Source: Azolla caroliniana
Taxonomy: Eukaryota > Plantae > Polypodiophyta
NCBI GenBank assembly: GCA_043228905.1
Contig: JBHGNT010000003.1
Span: forward strand, 21,018,001 to 21,082,000
DNA length: 64,000 nt
Direction of reading: 5' to 3'
Of this stretch, positions 62,342 to 64,000 are shown one piece after another (the stretch's first letter is position 1; every line of letters begins with the position of its first letter). The translations under genes were made by a program, and so were the position numbers. Below the pieces are notes generated by a model. It saw only the letters and a list, made by a program, of their open reading frames with translations, was not told where the DNA came from and ran no database searches.

Positions 62342-64000
62342 GTAAGAGTCTCCTCTCTCCTCTTCCTCCTCCTGCTCCTTTTGATCGCTCAGTACCAGGA
62401 GATTGTTGTTAAACTGCACGGCGAACATCTCGTCTTCTTCCTTCTGTTTCTTCCTCGTCTTGATTCCTATATGCGGAATGGAACGTCTCTTCTGGTTTCT
62501 TCTTCTTCTTCTTCTTTCTTGCACAACACAGGAATTGATATACGGAGAAATGTTGTCATCATCATCTTCTTTTCGCACCGTACAGAAGATGGCACGACAC
62601 AGGACACGCTTCTTCTTTTCTCCTTCTTTGCAAATCACGAGAAATGTAGGAACATCATCATCTTCGCCTTCTTCTTCTTCTTCTTCTGTTGATTGCACAT
62701 TACAAGGAACGTTGCATGCCTAAAATTCTTCCTCTTCCTATGCGCATTCTGGAGGAAATGATGTATGCAGAATCCTTTCCTTCTTCTACAACTTCTTCTC
62801 AGGAGTACAGGAATGGTATACGCAGAAATATTGTTAGAAAGCTAAGAATGATAAATCATTGCACAGTCTCTTCTTTTCCACCAGAATTGGTTTACAAAGA
62901 ATTGTCTTTTCATAGCCACATTCATAGCAAATCAACACTCATTCTTCTAGTCTTTGCACAGTGCAGCAAACAGTGTTCACAGAAACGTCTTTCGAGTTTT
63001 AGTGATAGCATACCGATAAAAGTAGATCAGGTTTCTAAACATAATAACATCAATTTGGTCTCATGTTGGTTGAATCTTTGCGAAGATAGCCAATTGTAAG
63101 AATAATGTGATCTAGGTTCTTGAGATCTCTACATTACATATGTATTCATGTGTGTGTCCGTGCATACAGATTCCTATAGAAAGAGGAAAGGTTGCTATGT
63201 CTTCACATATGCATGTGTATGCATTCACATTTACACATACATATTCATTTAGAAAGAGGATGGCATACTTCTCATGCTCCACACATTGCTATATGTACGC
63301 ATTGATGCTGTAATTGTTCAAGCATGCAAGTACATGTAGAAAAAGGAGGGTTGTATGTTTTTCTTAGGTTCCAGTTTATACATGCATATACATGTGTATG
63401 AATTCAAAATTATGAGGGCAATTAAATGTGCCAAGTAAATAATTGATATTTGGAAAAAGAACATATGAAAAGAGGAGCATGCTATACTTCTAGATCTTAG
63501 AAACTATTGCATCTAGGTGTAACATATTGGAAAGGTGGAGAAGGAAAAAGAGTGAAGAGAATTGGAATTTTTTGTTGAATATTTTCAAACCTATCTAAAG
63601 ACTGATCCAATGCATCATTTTTCACGCACATGTACACACACATACATGTAGACAAAGGACAATAAGGATGTACTACTAACATCCCAAAGATTGCTACAAA
63701 TACAGATACAGTACATGTTTACTTGTTTACACTATTGTATGTCGGATTAATGGGCACCAGAAAAGCAAGATGTATGGGACGAAGAAGGAACAACTTCTCA
63801 GCAATATGTGAACACAAGGAGGTAAATATAAGGACACATGGAAGTTAGTGTGTGTGCTTATGAGGAGAAGCAGACTGAGGAAGTTCATGCACCAATCAAG
63901 GGATTGAACTGCGCATTAAAGCTAGGCCATGCAAGCTAATGAGTGTCTAGGGTCTGCTCATCATCACTACATCATGAGAAGATTGCAGCTTGGGAACCCT

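Noticed and set aside
62282-63099. ORFs of 106-138 aa on both strands
   Set aside because: Low-complexity CTT-rich sequence after a strong splice donor; most likely intron.

Overview
AT-rich eukaryotic (land-plant) nuclear DNA. A non-seed plant such as a fern is my inference from gene divergence, microsatellite load and LINE types; this is not proven. Six protein genes can be built by hand: the 3' part of an NAD kinase with a U12-type intron (+), a GASA/Snakin peptide (-), UBR7 (+), Psb28 (+), a prolyl 4-hydroxylase (-) and an intronless PPR-SMR protein like EMB2217/At1g79490 (+). A probable first exon of a seventh gene lies at 62.3 kb. Intergenic DNA is a transposon graveyard. It holds five TSD-bounded, 5'-truncated L1-like LINEs that share a distinctive C-terminal motif (two of them at the same target site) and an old LINE hosting four nested insertions (hAT MITE, two LINEs, a solo LTR with a 4-bp TSD). 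RTE remnants and tRNA-derived SINE heads are also present. The most unusual signals are a 7x amplified mitochondrial presequence cleavage motif plus three tandem uORFs at the PPR gene, a LINE with a 2-kb tail of intron-like repeats, and young tandem arrays beside three start codons and inside one intron. No CRISPR array, rRNA or intact tRNA was found. All coordinates were read by eye.
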